64,000 nt of DNA from Trichoplax adhaerens (lineage: Eukaryota; Animalia; Placozoa). Of the stretch, positions 1-14,128 are shown in pieces (position 1 is the stretch's first letter; each line of letters begins with the position of its first letter). The notes below the pieces were generated by a model. It was given only the letters and a program-made list of their open reading frames with translations, was not told where the DNA came from and did not search any database. The translations under genes and the position numbers were made by a program. The DNA lies in the NCBI RefSeq assembly GCF_000150275.1, contig NW_002060943.1, positions 13,036,000-13,099,999 of the forward strand. Reading direction: 5' to 3'.

Positions 1-13
1 ATCCTTTACTAAC

Positions 14-107
14 CCACGGAGATCCATCTTTCCTCTTGCTTTATTGTAGTGCCATCACTACTAGCATTTTCTTCATCCATAGCATCATCTTGCGGTGTAG
101 AATAGCG
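14..107 (-). CDS. Possible internal exon of a minus-strand gene running off the left edge (RYSTPQDDAMDEENASSDGTTIKQEERWISV)
   Basis: On the minus strand a 94-nt open frame is bounded by the acceptor tatttcag and the donor gttagt. No homology recognised. Confidence 0.35.
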
Positions 108-719
108 CTGAAATAGAGATACATTGAATCCAGTCATTCGGTCAATCCATTTTACATCAACCCGTTTTATCTCGGCTAAAAAAATATTTTGACAAATTTT
201 TCCATCAGCATCAGATCGCTTGGTGCCTGATCATCTTGACACTCTAGGATGAACATCAACAATCGTCATCGCTGTTTGTTAGCGATGATGATCTTTCCCT
301 GTTGATTCCTCCATACCATGACTGCAGTAATCATGTCAATTTGTAGAGTCGTTCCTGATGCCTAGAAGACGTTGCTCTGTCCTAGGCAAGATTGCCATTT
401 TACTCTATCCAATCCATGACATAACCCTATCTGAAATAGAGAAATCATTGACATGGAGATCTCCACCACTGCTTTTGTCGTTGATCGTTGGGATGGATTT
501 CTGTTTTTACATGGAGCATGGCAATATTGAAAATGCAAAGTTCTTAACACATGCTTATCCATGACGCGTTTGTAGTAGACGATGGTCAATTTCAGGATGG
601 ATATCGGCAGGTTGAATGGCTAAATGATTAGTAACCGATGCCCAATAGTAGGCGAAAGATCGCCATTTTACCCTATCTAGTAGATGTTATTGACTCATAC
701 TGATCGACTACTATTTTGA

Positions 720-1300
720 TAGTAGACAGTTGGGATGGTCCGTTTCAGTTTTTTTCATGTGGCATAGCCACCGTTGAAATGGAAAACGATTTACCTCAGA
801 CGATCCACCGCTATCCTTTTAGTAGACAGTTGCGATGGCTCATTTCAATTTTGATGGTAGCATAGCCATCATTAAATTGGAAAATGGTTTACCTCTCGGG
901 TGATCCATTATTATCATTGTATTCATGACGGCTAGAATGATCCATTTCAATTTTGACGATGGCTTAGCCATCGTTGAAATAGAAAACGATTTACCCCAAA
1001 AGATCCACTGCTATCCTTTTAGTAGATAGATGCCATGATCCATTTCAATTTTGATGGTGGCATAGCTATCGTTAAATTGGAAAACGGTTTACCTCTCGGA
1101 TGATCCATTACTATCATTGTATTAATGACGGCTAGGATGATCCATTTCAATTTTGATGGTGGCATAGCCATCGTTGAAATGGAAAACGATTTACCCCAGA
1201 TGATCCACTGCTATCCTTTTAGTAGACAGTTGCGATGGTTCATTTCAACTTTGATGGTAGCATAGCTATCGTTGAAAATGATTTTACATCGGATGATCCA
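720..1300. repeat. Tandem repeat of ~100-bp monomers arranged as an alternating A/B ~200-bp higher-order unit
   Basis: The anchor catttcaa(t/c)ttt recurs at 841, 943, 1041, 1143 and 1241 (spacing 102/98/102/98), with a degenerate copy at 741. Alternate monomers share ctatccttttagtag versus tatcattgtatt. Confidence 0.9.
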
Positions 1301-3124
1301 TTTGTTTGCGCTATTCGGTTCGACATTTTTGAGTCTGATAGGTGGCCATACCAATCGATTGATAAAAGATAGAGTAGCTACGATACCAAATCAGATAGTT
1401 TTCCTTGCTGTAGTCGGTTTATTGGATCGAGGTAATCTTGCCGTTGATAGTCAACACTCTCTCATGGATGAGAACGATTTTGTCCGCTAGAGGATACTGC
1501 TACCGAATAGCAACTATCAGAGAATTTTCTTTGCAGATCAGGACGATTCTATAAGCGCCCATCGGCAGGAATTCTTCCGCTTTTGATAACCTTAGGAAAG
1601 GATCCTGACGAAGGCCAATTCATGTCGATTATACGTATAACTAGAACTGATTTAGTCAAAAGCTTGGAACAACTGAAATCTGAGTTCAGTAATTCGTACC
1701 AGCAATGGCTGAGAATTGAATCATTTTTCTTTTTCGAAATTCATTCTGATAGACTAGTGATACTTCTACATCATTCAAGGTCAGGGTTTAAATTGATTTA
1801 GTTTTGAAAAATTTCTCATCTGCTGTAAGTCATTGGACATCTCCTGTTAGCCGTTAAAGTAAATATCTTCCATTAATCTGATTCAATTTACGCCTGGCCA
1901 ACGTTTGCTTTCAAACGAATCAATTCTAAAGATTTTTTGCAATGGTTGTTTATCAACTATGGATTAGCGTAGTTAATTTAATTTAAAGACCGTTTTTACA
2001 AAGTTGTTTAGAATCAGAACAGTGAACAGCGATCCAGAATTTACCCGAACTGTTCTTGAATCCTAAGTTTTTCCTCTATAACTATATCAATTGATGATCA
2101 ACGCTGTCCTTAATGGCCCTTAGCATACCGATCGATGGACTATGCTTATTCTTTCTAAAACTACTGTACAAGAGTAATCTCGCTGAGCAAGAATATCAAC
2201 ACTCGGGTCCTTTTTGCCACCATGGCACATGATTTTCACACTTAAAATAATAAAAATAGCCATCTTGTAATGCTTAATAATTAATTATTAAAGCATCAAT
2301 CGATAGCGTCTGCCGTCTATACAGAGGATCGATATTATTAATTCCAATTTTATCCTCAGTACTGCATAATCAATGCCTGATAGTTATTGCTTAGACAGGG
2401 TACCGTATAGTGCTCATAGGCAATTGATTTCATGAAGAGGAAAGTACTTGTGTTGTGGCGCATTAAATTCCATCGAGGGAATGAGGGAAGAAAACGTAAT
2501 TGGATACCGGCTAAAGACTTCACGATGACATCAATTTTATTCCTATTGATGTAATCCTTTCTTTCACACAAGAATAGATGGGCAATGTTGATGATATCCT
2601 ATTTGAAAGAACTACAATTAAATACAGACTGTGCGACGCAATGGGATGTTACAATAATTAATGTATAAACACGCCATTAATCACTATCCACTATTGCAAT
2701 CAGACCAGCCTGAATGATCTATTGATCCCAATGTTTGCATTTGATCAACTTGATTGCCTTGTCAGGCTATTCGCCAATCTCGATTGTTTAGTCAAAGGAA
2801 TTTCTAGACACTTTGGTTCATGGATTTTGATGAGACTTTCTATCCGTCTACTATCTTAATTAGACAGTATCCTTCTCGTCTCCTTGTGACTTTCCCAGCT
2901 TTTTTACTATTACATGAGGGCTGACGATCCTAATTGGCTTTGAACATCATCTACCGGTTGTGCAAGTTATGATTGAAAGATTTCCCCTTCACTTTATAGA
3001 CGAATACGTGAATAGTTTTACCTCGATTAAATTATCCATCAATCCACCTCTTATTACTGTAAAGTAACTTTCGTATTAAATATTGTTTTCTTAATAATTG
3101 AAATGTTATTTTCATAATTTTCAG

Positions 3125-6100
3125 GGTCGCATCGCATTTCTTCAAGGAGAACGCCGAGCTCAAGAAAACTTAAAAAATGATTTAGTAAGAAGAATTAAAA
3201 TGCTGGAATACGCCCTCAAACAAGAGAGGTTCGTCAACGTTGATGACAGTCTTGAACTAGTTGTAGTTTTAAAAACTTTCGTTGTTTCTCTTTGTAGCCA
3301 ATACAAGGAGTACAGTGTTAGTTTACTCAAGTATAATTGACCTATCAGTAGTCTTGGGTAGCGCTATTTCAAAATGAAGATAAATGTCCTATAGCTTTTG
3401 CAATACATAGTTTAGTAATAAGAGACTGTTGGATAACTATTCCTAATACCTCTTTGACTACATTTATAATAGGACAAAATTCCATAAATTAAAATACGGG
3501 ACAGATCTAAAATTTGAGGATAGCAAAGCCGATGCAGTAGCCAACGAGGAAGAGAAAAATGGTAACAATTAAACTCTCGTTAGAAAATTGCATATGATCG
3601 ATATTTGCAATTATTACCCGTTCTTCTTTGTATAAAATCAAAGTATTGTATCCTAGTAATGATGTTAGAATTGCTTATTAATGGGAGGATGTAGAAAACT
3701 TCTAGATTGACCTTAGAGAGTATATCACATCAAGTCTATATTGATATTATGTTGAACGATGACAATTTAAAATACTTGCAGTTGCTACCTAATTTATTAG
3801 AACACTTAAATAGAGCTAAAGGTTAAAATACACATCCTCCTAAAGCTGTATAAAGGATGAAAATACTTTAAAAATTAAATTTCTCATACCTTCATTAAAA
3901 CGACAACGATAATTGAAATTACATGCAGTGACTACCAAACTTATTAAACATTTAAGTAAAACTAAAGGTTGAATCACACATCCACCTAAAGCTGTAAAAA
4001 TGATGAAAATACTGTGCTAATTGCATTTCTCATGCTTTAATTTTACTAGCTGGTCCATTACCGAACGAAGAAATCGGAGATTTAACTTGGAGACAAGGAA
4101 GACAATTGCTCAGACAGTAAGTTAATTCATTTCCTTTAATCATATCAAGCAGATTGGCTCAGAAAGGCTACAGAATGATCTGATAATGTAATCTTCATAA
4201 GCAATTACTATGTAAGGTGTGAGATTACTGTACTGAGACTGAGAGATTATGTTATTATCTCTAGCCTTAAAATGGGTCAGGTTGTCAATGAAGTCTTGTG
4301 AACTTAGTTTGAGCCATTTATCTATCTTATGTGCTTAATAGCATACTACTAGACATAGTATCACTATTATACGCGTATGCTTACTGAAAGAATTTCGTCG
4401 GTACGTCATAAAAGTGACCGCTGTAATATGCATCACCATTTACCTTACAGATATTTACATGAAATTGGCTATACAGACACGATTCTAGAAGTTAGATCAG
4501 CACGAGTACGTTCTTTAATGGATCATTTGTCATTCGGGAAAGCTACTTCTGCGGCCAAAGATGAAAGTAACAAGGGAAAACCAGAAGCATCCAGAAAATT
4601 AAACGAAACCCAGCCAAGGTACAACGAGCATGACATGGAATGAATTGCATACCCGTAACAAGCGATGATAAATAGGATTCAGAATTCACACTTGCTTGTT
4701 GTTTACGTGATATGCAGTTCTACCCATAAGATAAATACGATGTATCGTTAATAATTCATTTGTGTAATAGTTACGATAGAGCCGACAACATGATTGCAGC
4801 AGACGATGAAAGTGCTGGAGCCGAAGACGCAATTATGTCAGAGTTCAATTTTCTTGCTATTGAAGGTACATATATACTCGATATTGAAATGTAGCCGATT
4901 TAGAAGCGATGGAAATCAATTCCAGCTTCAAACTGCGCCTAAATTTGCTAAATATTATACAGTGTAATTAAACTATACATGACATATATTCTTTCTTACC
5001 GAATTAGACGACTCTGAAGAAAATGGAGCAACATACTTTGAAGAAGGAGGCAACGATGATGATGACAACGTTGATGGCCTACCTACTTCATCTGATGATA
5101 TCATGTTTGATAACAGTAAAGATGCATCGATAGCATTTATGCGTACTGCTGAAAGTGGTACAGACGATAGTATGATAACCATAATAGAAGATGCTATGGC
5201 TGTCAGCCCAGAAGAAGCTGCTGCTAGAGCGTTAGATGAATTCAACTTTCTAGTTGCAGAGGATAATGAAATTGAAGCTGATGAATCTACAGCTGACAAA
5301 AATGCTGCAAAAAATCGTAGCGAAAAATTAGGCTTAGGTAATTTAGAAATGCAATCTGAATGGAACGTTGATGCATCAGCAATCGAAAAGTTGAAAGAGC
5401 AATACAAAAAGGAAAGAAAATCAAAGAAAGTTTTAAAACGTTAGTTATAGTAGTTAATGCTTACGGTAGTTCTATCTTAATTAGCAATGAGTCCATACAG
5501 CTTAGAAAATTTCGAATTGTAGTCCTGCTCGTACACTCTTTTAAAGTAAATCACAAACGTTATTATTCTTTAGGACCTACAAGATCGTCGTTACAAGCAA
5601 TGCTTGTCAATCTAGGAGAAGATGAAGGTTCCTTCTCATCAAAAGGATTCGGTGGCCCAGGCGGTGACTTTGGTAATCCAGATATGGAACAACCTGGATT
5701 ACGAGGTGTTAGACCGTTTTCTGCTAGTAAACCAATTGTTCTTGGTGATGAATCTGTCGAGGGTGCAATTAGTTTAGGCGATTTAGCTGGTCTTTCGATA
5801 TCCAATGAAGCTGAAGCTCTCAACAACGAGGTAGAACCATCAAAAATTATTTTCTTAATTTTGAAGGCGACTATCATGATATTATAAAAGCTCATTCGTA
5901 TGTCAATTTGGTATTGGTAAACTCATTTTTACATACTTACATTTACTATATAGTCTGCGTCTTCCGGAATAATGCCTCAACATAAAACTTGGACCTTAAA
6001 ATATACCCTCAGAAGGTCAGCTTCTTGTGTAGTAATACTAAAAGTTAAATCTACAGATGTGAACATTAATTTAATCTTATTCTTTTTAAATATTTTGCGA

Positions 6101-7720
6101 GTAGTCATTTCGATTGTGTTCGGTCGTTAGCATTTCATCCTTACGAGAATTTATTAGTATCGGCATCGGATGATCAAACGTTGAAATTATGGAATTTGCA
6201 ACAAAAAGGGTCTAAAAGGTAAATTAACGTGAATTTTGTAACCTGTGTTTAGCGATTGATGATCAATCTTACCAGTTACGATCCCATTGAAGACATGTAT
6301 TATCTTCTTCTAGGAATATGCAACCTGAAATTGAGCCACTTTATACGTATCGTGGCCATAGGTAATTGACTGCAGTTTCTGTAAACTACTTTAGTTGTTA
6401 TTGTTACTATCTAATTACGGCTTACTGGATTGCACTCGTTTCACTATACGATGTTTTTAAATTTGCCCTACTTTATCATTTTAATAGGGGTGCCATTTTA
6501 TGCACTACCATTTCCTCTTCTGGAGATACAGTCTATAGTGGCAGCACGGATGGCGAAATAAAATGCTGGTCACTTCCTTCCATTGAAAGCGATCCATACG
6601 ACAGCTTTGGTAACTAATTTTCTGTTGATAGATTATCATTAAAAAGTTGATCAGTCTGTAATGGCTATAGCTAACGTTATCCTATTGGGCTGCTAGACCC
6701 TAGAATAGAAAAGGGAGCTTTGTCAGGGCATACAAATGCGGTCTGGAGTATTGCCGTACATCCCGATAGTGAACACATTATTTCATGTTCTGCCGACGGT
6801 ACCTGTAAACTGTGGAGACCTGGCACCCTAGCCACACCTTTGATCGCTACTTTTACTGCAAATGAAGGTATTAAATCATGACATAGACAGATCGTGCCAT
6901 TGTAAGTATCTACTCTGTATCTAATTTACTCAATCGCAATCATTCTATAGATGATGGGATGCCAACGTCAGTTACGTTTTTACGTAATGACTGTAATCAA
7001 ATGGCTGTATCCTACACTTCTTCGCAAACTATTATATTTGATTTACATACTGCAAAGCCAATTCTGCGCCTTAATTGCGCTCAAAGCTATGGTAAGATGA
7101 TTTCCCAATTATATACTCTTATCCAAATTATTTTAGAAATATTTTCTTAATTGTATCTCTAAAACGTGTAAACTAATCACAACTTCTTGTTATCACAGAT
7201 GGCACTTTAAAATCTCAGATAAATAAAATTACCTCCCACCCAACCTTACCTTTACTTATCACTGGCCATGAAGATCGATTCATACGCTTCTTTGATACAA
7301 ACAGTTGTAAGCTTTTCTGAACTATAATATTTATCCTATGTTGATCTGTATTGAGTTCTATTTATTGCCATTTGCTAGCTCAATTGGTTCATTCTATAAC
7401 TGCGCATATGGATGCTGTAACAAGTTTAGCGATTGATCCTAATGGATTGTATTTGATTTCAGGAAGTATGTTGGTAGACATCAAATGTGCTAGATTGCAT
7501 TATTTAGTAGTAATTGACGATTTGATATCATTGCCATTGTGTCACACTAGGTCATGACTGTTCGATACGCCTGTGGAATATAGAGAGGAAAAGTTGCATT
7601 CAAGAAATGACTGCACATCGTCGAAAATTTGACGAATCTGTGCATGATGTCGCGTTTCATCCATCCAAACCCTTCGTCGCTAGCTCTGGCGCTGACTCTG
7701 TCGTAAAAGTCTATGTTTAA
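3125..7720 (+). CDS. STRN: Striatin family protein (STRIPAK scaffold, PP2A regulatory subunit). 5'-partial: first coding exon not located. Approximate exons: 3125-3228, 3473-3561, 4050-4116, 4451-4618, 4771-4865, 5008-5439, 5574-5830, 5954-6015, 6105-6218, 6314-6361, 6488-6609, 6697-6867, 6951-7091, 7199-7306, 7379-7465, 7551-7720
   Basis: Coiled-coil signature RIAFLQGERRAQENLKNDLVRRIKMLEYALKQER, calmodulin-binding region WRQGRQLLRQYLHEIGYTDTIL, and C-terminal WD40 repeats ending HRRKFDESVHDVAFHPSKPFVASSGADSVVKVYV*. GT-AG boundaries were read directly. Confidence 0.95.
3813..4036. repeat. Small diverged direct duplication inside a striatin intron
   Basis: ctaaaggtt..aatacacatcc.cctaaagctgta..a..atgaaaatact..atttctcat occurs at about 3815 and about 3962. 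Confidence 0.6.
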
Positions 7721-8841
7721 TAATGATTCGAAATTACTGTATATACCGTATTCAAACTAAATTTCTATAACTTTGTATGTTTTGACTTTGCAATAATATT
7801 ATATATATAACTAATAACTCCATGTTATCGGAGCTTTGCAATTTAAACACAACCGGAATAATAAGCGGACTAGATTATAAAAATTTTTATGTATGATAAT
7901 GTACTAGATTGTACAGTTGCCACTCGACAGATTGTTGTCTTGAGATTGTAAGTCCATATTTTATGAAATGTTGTTGCTGTCGTCATTTTTAATACGGTTA
8001 TCCAAATTGTTTATGTCAAATTTTTGCACGTTTAGAAAGTATTGGAACCTTTTCTTTTCCAAGATGTACAAATTACTTTTTTGTTTAATGTGCTCTACGC
8101 TAAAATTTATCATGATATTACCAACGTGGTTAACATTTCAGTATTAACATTGGAATGAGCTGGAAATGTTGGCTGCGTCGTCAAAAGAAGAAGAGAAAAT
8201 GGTTAGGGAAAGATTTTTTAATTGTCATTATGAAATTACAACTACGCCTTATTGCTCCTAAATTACGAATCGATTGTCACAGTGCATTTATGATAATAAA
8301 TTTTTGACGCGTTTATTTCGTATACTCTTCCATGAAAATCCTAGGAATTGTATTAAGCATGTATAATAATACAGTTTCCTCTATAGCTGCACATGTTCCT
8401 GTATAATTTTAGCAATGTAATAGCTATGGAGAAGGCTTTTTACCTTGCAATCAAGTTATGTCATTGTGTCATAATTATGATAATTTACTGGTATAATAGA
8501 ATTCAATTTTCTTTTTTGATTTGTTGCTTACCACTGTGAATTGGCTGATTTAATTTACTTTTTAAGATTGCTGAAAATGGTTGTAGCCCGCTATTGCAGC
8601 TCTACTTGTGGCTATATACCTGTACGTACGTGGAATATTGTTGAATAGATGAATCACAAAAGTATAAGGAGATTGTTGAATGAATAAATGCAAACTATAC
8701 GTTCTCAAATGGAAGGATTAATCATTGGAGCGATTGTTCTTGGTGTCTCGTTATGCATTGCCAGTACTAATTCAGTAAAGATTGCATTTTAATTTAGTTA
8801 TTAGCCTTCGATGCTATCATTATTTTAAATCGCACTATTGT

Positions 8842-9450
8842 CGCAGTCAACTGTACGTTTACAGCATTTCAAATAGAATTAGACTGTACATAGCAATCAA
8901 TTAATGAGCTAGGATTTCGTTAAAGTATTATAATTTCATTTTTTCATGACGGATTTTTAATATCAATGCAACCTAGCTCAAACGCGTACTGTAGGAGCTA
9001 GCTAAGAGCATGGGCTAATAGCCAAAGATACCTGATTATTGCATATGTTGCAGAATTGACAGTAAAGTCAATGCTCCTACGCCACCGCAGTCAATTGTAC
9101 GTTTACAACGTTTCAAATAGAATTAGGCTGTATACAGCAATCAGTTAATGTGCTAGGATTCGTTAATCCATTATGCTGTAATTCCATTTTTTCATGACGG
9201 ATTTTTAATATCAATGCAACCTTGCTCATACACGTACTGTAGGAGCTAGCTAAGAGCATCGGCTAACAGCCAAAGATACCTGATTATCGCATATACGAGC
9301 AATCAGTTAATGTGCTAGGATTTCGTTAAAGCATTATAATTCCATTTTTCACGACGGATTTTTAATATCAATGCAACCTAGCTCATACGCGTACTGTAGG
9401 AGCTAGCTAAGAGCATGGGCTAATAGCTAAAGATACCTGATTATTGCATA
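8842..9450. repeat. Three tandem copies (two ~200-245 bp, one partial) of a local repeat
   Basis: gacggatttttaatatcaatgcaacc...gtactgtaggagctagctaagagcat.ggctaa.agc.aaagatacctgattat is repeated three times. Confidence 0.9.
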
Positions 9451-10710
9451 AATATATTACCGAATTAACTGTAAACTGTAAAGTCAATATTGACCCCTAA
9501 GGCAATAAGGTTTTTCGTGCAAACTAGAACAATCACCCTCTTAGTATGCCATACGGTGATGATCTAGCATCTATGCATCCGATGGTGTTATTTATGCCAC
9601 TTCTATTCATTCTCACCTAATCCAAGCCAAAAATCGAGCAGAGCTCTGCAGGAACTCTGCACAGCTAACCTTCTTACAAGAGATTGCACATTCTACATGA
9701 TTAGACATACAAATTAGAGTAATTTTCTACACAAGCAATTTCAAAGCCTATTTGCTATTTCAACTCTCTTTTAAAGCGTTAATTGGTTGATTTAAGTACA
9801 ATTTTCTCGATTATAACCATGTTGAAGAGAGAGGGGAAGCATTTATGATGAAGAGAAATGTCAGCAATACGTCATAGTGTAATATATAGGGTATCATAAA
9901 CATTACTACTGACTCAGTACTAATCTTGAATTTGTGCTGATTCACATTGAAATCTTATACTCTTTGACTATAGCAACTGGATCAGTTGTATTCGACCATA
10001 CAAATTGCTGTTACTTTGAGTCATTCCCTTTTTCTGCAGTCAAGCAGTTCTTGTTGTCATTACGACGGTGAAGTCAAAATGTCTCCAGCTTGCTTAGCTA
10101 TATAGTCGATGAATAATGAAATTGCGAGGTAAGAAAAAGGAAATAGGCTGTTATCCACCATGAACAGTAATCTACAGTTAGTTACAGTATAATGGTAGTG
10201 TTCTATTTATAGAAACTCTTCATACTTTTCATTCTTTGCCAATTATAAATCAATAATAATGTCTACTACAGCTTGTCCGTTCTTATCCACTATGGACACC
10301 AAGCTACCCCACTCTTGATTTTAGTACTATAGTATTTACTACTTTATAGAGAGAAGCTTTTAATACTTCCTATCGTTGGCCAACTTTAAATCAATTTCTA
10401 AATATAAAAGTTAAGCCACAGTATATATCAGCCAAATAATCGTCTTTCTGTTGACAAGAGAGAGTTGCTGATGACAACTGCTCTGCAATCCTTTGGAAGT
10501 ATTATAGTTATTAAAGATACGCTATACACGTACCTATTAGCATTAATAGCAGACAAGAAACAGCATTTCTACTGTAATTTAGACTTGACTTTGTGCTTAA
10601 ATTATGTCTGGTTGATGACTATGACACCTTTACGTGCTTTTTATGATAATTGTAGATGAAACCCTGAATTGAGTATAGATCTGAAATACTGATTACAAAC
10701 TATCAAGGAG

Positions 10711-12881
10711 ATGATGGAGGTAGGTTAACTTCTCGAAGCTTAACTCAAGCATTTATACCGCTCTATTCTGTTACAATCTTCAATTATAAATATAGCAATA
10801 TGCTCAACATGCTAACAGGAATGTAGATATCCTTATCAAAAAGAAAGTTATTTGTAATATGCAATTTAAATATCAACCCCTACAGTACAGTACAGTAACA
10901 ATCGATAAACATGTCGATAAAGTTATGTTTAATGATTGTAGAGTAGCACATAGCAAGAGTTGATCAGTTCTGCTCTCTGTAGCAAAATGTTTTCCCACTC
11001 TCCTAGACTACTTTCGTTGTGAATTTTCTACAAAACTCCTCAGAGCCTGATGCACGAGCATGTCGATTAGACGGTGCCAGTCATCATCATCAGACAGTTA
11101 TTGTTTACAAGTAGATCTATTGATCTTAATTACTTTATTAGTATACATCAAATTGAGATATCAATAGCAATAATGATATCTTTCCGTGTACATTCTAAAA
11201 AGGCAGTAATTTTACGGTTACATAGGAGCTATCCCATAAACTCCATCCGAAACATGGACAAGCTATCGACAAGGAATCCAAACAGCAAGATCAACAATAT
11301 GCTAATTATCACACTAGATATCGTCCTCCGTTTCTGCATAACATACCTCCTCCATCTTTTACAATACTAAGGCCTCCTACTCTCCACGGTAAAATGTTGT
11401 ACTGTATACTTGAAATGTTACATGGTATTAAATGTGCGATCTAATATTACATGAAACATCATTAGCAAAGGTTGTTTGTATTACAGAAGAAAAATAAAGT
11501 TGTATGTTATCATTTACTGATACTAGAAAAGAGTGCTGCCATGCCTTCGAAAGTAGCAATGCCAAGTTTGCAAACTCCGCATCTTTTGAATACCTCTACT
11601 GGAGGATTTAATCAACAGTCTCAGCGTAGACTTGCTCAAAGTGGTGATTATAGTAAGAATACCCGCGGTAAGTTTATCAATAATCATTTGATTACAATGC
11701 ACAAAATTATCGCCTCCATGTATATTAAATACTGGTAGTCAAGTAATTTTGAAAAATAAACGCTTTGTAATTAAGGATAGTTCCAATCGACACATAATTT
11801 CTTGCAATAAGTCATAGAATCATAATATAAATATGAGGTATCCCTCTACTAATTTCATTGTTATTCATTTTTCAATGCTATGATGATAGAATATGCATCA
11901 TCTAGTTCACTAGAACAGCTATGCCGAAAAATGGGCGCGTACTTTGATTGCTCAACTCAAAAGCTGGAAATTCCCCCTGATAAAAAGCCTCTATGTAATA
12001 AAACTCAATTTAAAAGGATGAGACGTTACTATTGGGGAATAACCCAACAAATACAACGCATCATGTCCCTGCAACCTAGTGTATATAAAGTAAATATCAA
12101 CATTTCCAAAGTAAATCTTTACCGGCTACGACCCTATATCTATATTAACCTTAAAAAATGCTTCTATTCAGTACCGTATCCAATCAATGTACCCCCAATG
12201 ATAGTTTGTATTACAGAAACCGTTATTGGTCTTATTAAGCATAAGAACTACATGGGTAAACAAGTTGAAGATTATCTGCTGCAGTGCTGTGCCAGTCCAT
12301 TAGCTTGTCGCAAATACTTGGTGCAAATTTGGGAGATGTTACTGGAATCGTCATTTAGCGATCATGGTGTGGCCGATAATATTACCCAATTAGAATTAAA
12401 GGTACAACATAAAGATAACAGTGTTTTAGATTACGCCATGGCATGCTGTGCTGCCATGAAATATATTGACAATTATGTTCTGGAGAACTCGATTGAAACG
12501 AACGACATGCAGAAGGAGGGAAATATCCTTAAATGCAGCTTAGGCCAGCAAGAATACAAACTTGATGACATAAACATTCACTTGGAATCATCATCTCGAC
12601 GTCTCTTGAAGGGATCTGACGATAATTCCAAAGAGCCAAATGTAGGCTCGACAAGTGAAGCAACTGCAAATCAGACTACAGAAGTTATCCATAAAGATGG
12701 AGTAGATATACCCAATACGTCGTCTAACAGTAATATAAATAAAGACATTAGTCGTGTCAGTAACTTATCCGGAAAAATAGCAAAAAGGTCACGTCGAAGA
12801 TCTACATTTGGCCGATGCTCAGCCACAGATAGAAGCAAGCTTTTCTTGCAGTTAACTGAAATGAAAAAGACCTTGATATGA
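10711..12881 (+). CDS. Uncharacterised multi-exon protein. Putative exons 10711-10719, 11226-11388, 11527-11667, 11890-12881 (the last may hide a stop-free intron near 12090-12171)
   Basis: Phase-compatible GT-AG exons join into one open frame (MME-ELSHKLHPKH...-EKSAAMPSK...-EYASSSSLEQLC...) that ends in the 333-aa ORF. No family recognised. Confidence 0.6.
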
Positions 12882-14128
12882 CATATTGCAACTAATGGTA
12901 ATGCTGTATAATGCTTTATACTCCTTTTTTATATCTCTAGGACTGCGGTGATCGCCATTGCCTCCTGTGTTGTTGCTCGTAGGACAGACATCTTCATCCT
13001 ATAGCAAAATTTTGTCGATTCTTTATACCGTATTAGAATATTGTTTTGATTACGATGATGGCAATAGCTACTCTGTTGTGGGTTATAAGGCAAACTTTAT
13101 ATATAATTTTATTAGTCTGCATCTGATTACCAATCCATCACTATCACTTTGTATTGTATGATATTGTAAATACTTGAATTACAGAAATTATAACCTGTTT
13201 TGACTTTTACAAGTTATTATTTATAAATCTTATTTGGCTTATTAAAAGGTTTAATGATTGATTAATCGATCCATCATGACAACGTCTGCTAGCACTAGCC
13301 TTCAATAACCTAAATGCCATAGTGAGATTCAAAAATTTCCAGTAGATATCCTTATACGTATCATTTGAAGTTAATACTTGAACTATTCAAATATTAATTA
13401 ACTATAACAAAATAGATGTATTAGAACTGGATGATTAACTATATATAGCCTAGTGCATAAATATTGTTGTACTTCAATAGTGCAGATATGAAGGTGAGAA
13501 TTGAGAAGAGATCGAAGGGGGGATGAAAATCAATATAATATCTACGCTGTAGAATAGACGTTAGAGTACTGTACTATGTGAGTAATAGGCTACCTGATTT
13601 ACAATAGTTCCTATTAATTTGAACTTGGTCACTCACTAGCCATAGCAATGGATGTGTGCATAGGTATCTATTTAATGTGTTAGCTTAAGTCAGAGCATAG
13701 CACTGCAGTAAATAGATACAACTTTATATTTTATTGGCTATCAATAAATCAGGATTGAATAGTGCACAAGAGAAAGCAAACGCAGAAATATCAGCTAGCG
13801 CAGTCAATATTGATTACTAGAATCTAATAAAAGTAGCTACAAAATAAATCTTCTGTCGTACCATCAGTAGCTAGGGTTACGGCTTGTTATAATTAATAGA
13901 ACGGCTATAGAATATTATAGAATATTAGAATAGTGACTAATAAATTTAAATCATTCTAACCAATAATTCTCAATCGAATAGAAAATATTCACTTACGAGT
14001 ATACATTCAAAATCATCTTGACCTAAAAGTTAGTTACTATAACGGTATAATTATGGAATGGAACTGTTATTACCAAACTTTAAAGTATCCTCACGAAAAA
14101 ATGACAGATCGAAGACCATTATAAGTTT

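Noticed and set aside
1464-1490. ATG GAT GAG (MDE...) as the striatin start codon
   Set aside because: An in-frame stop follows after eight codons and there is no convincing donor site.
4973-5895. Minus-strand ORFs of 144 and 110 aa
   Set aside because: Antisense shadows of striatin exons.
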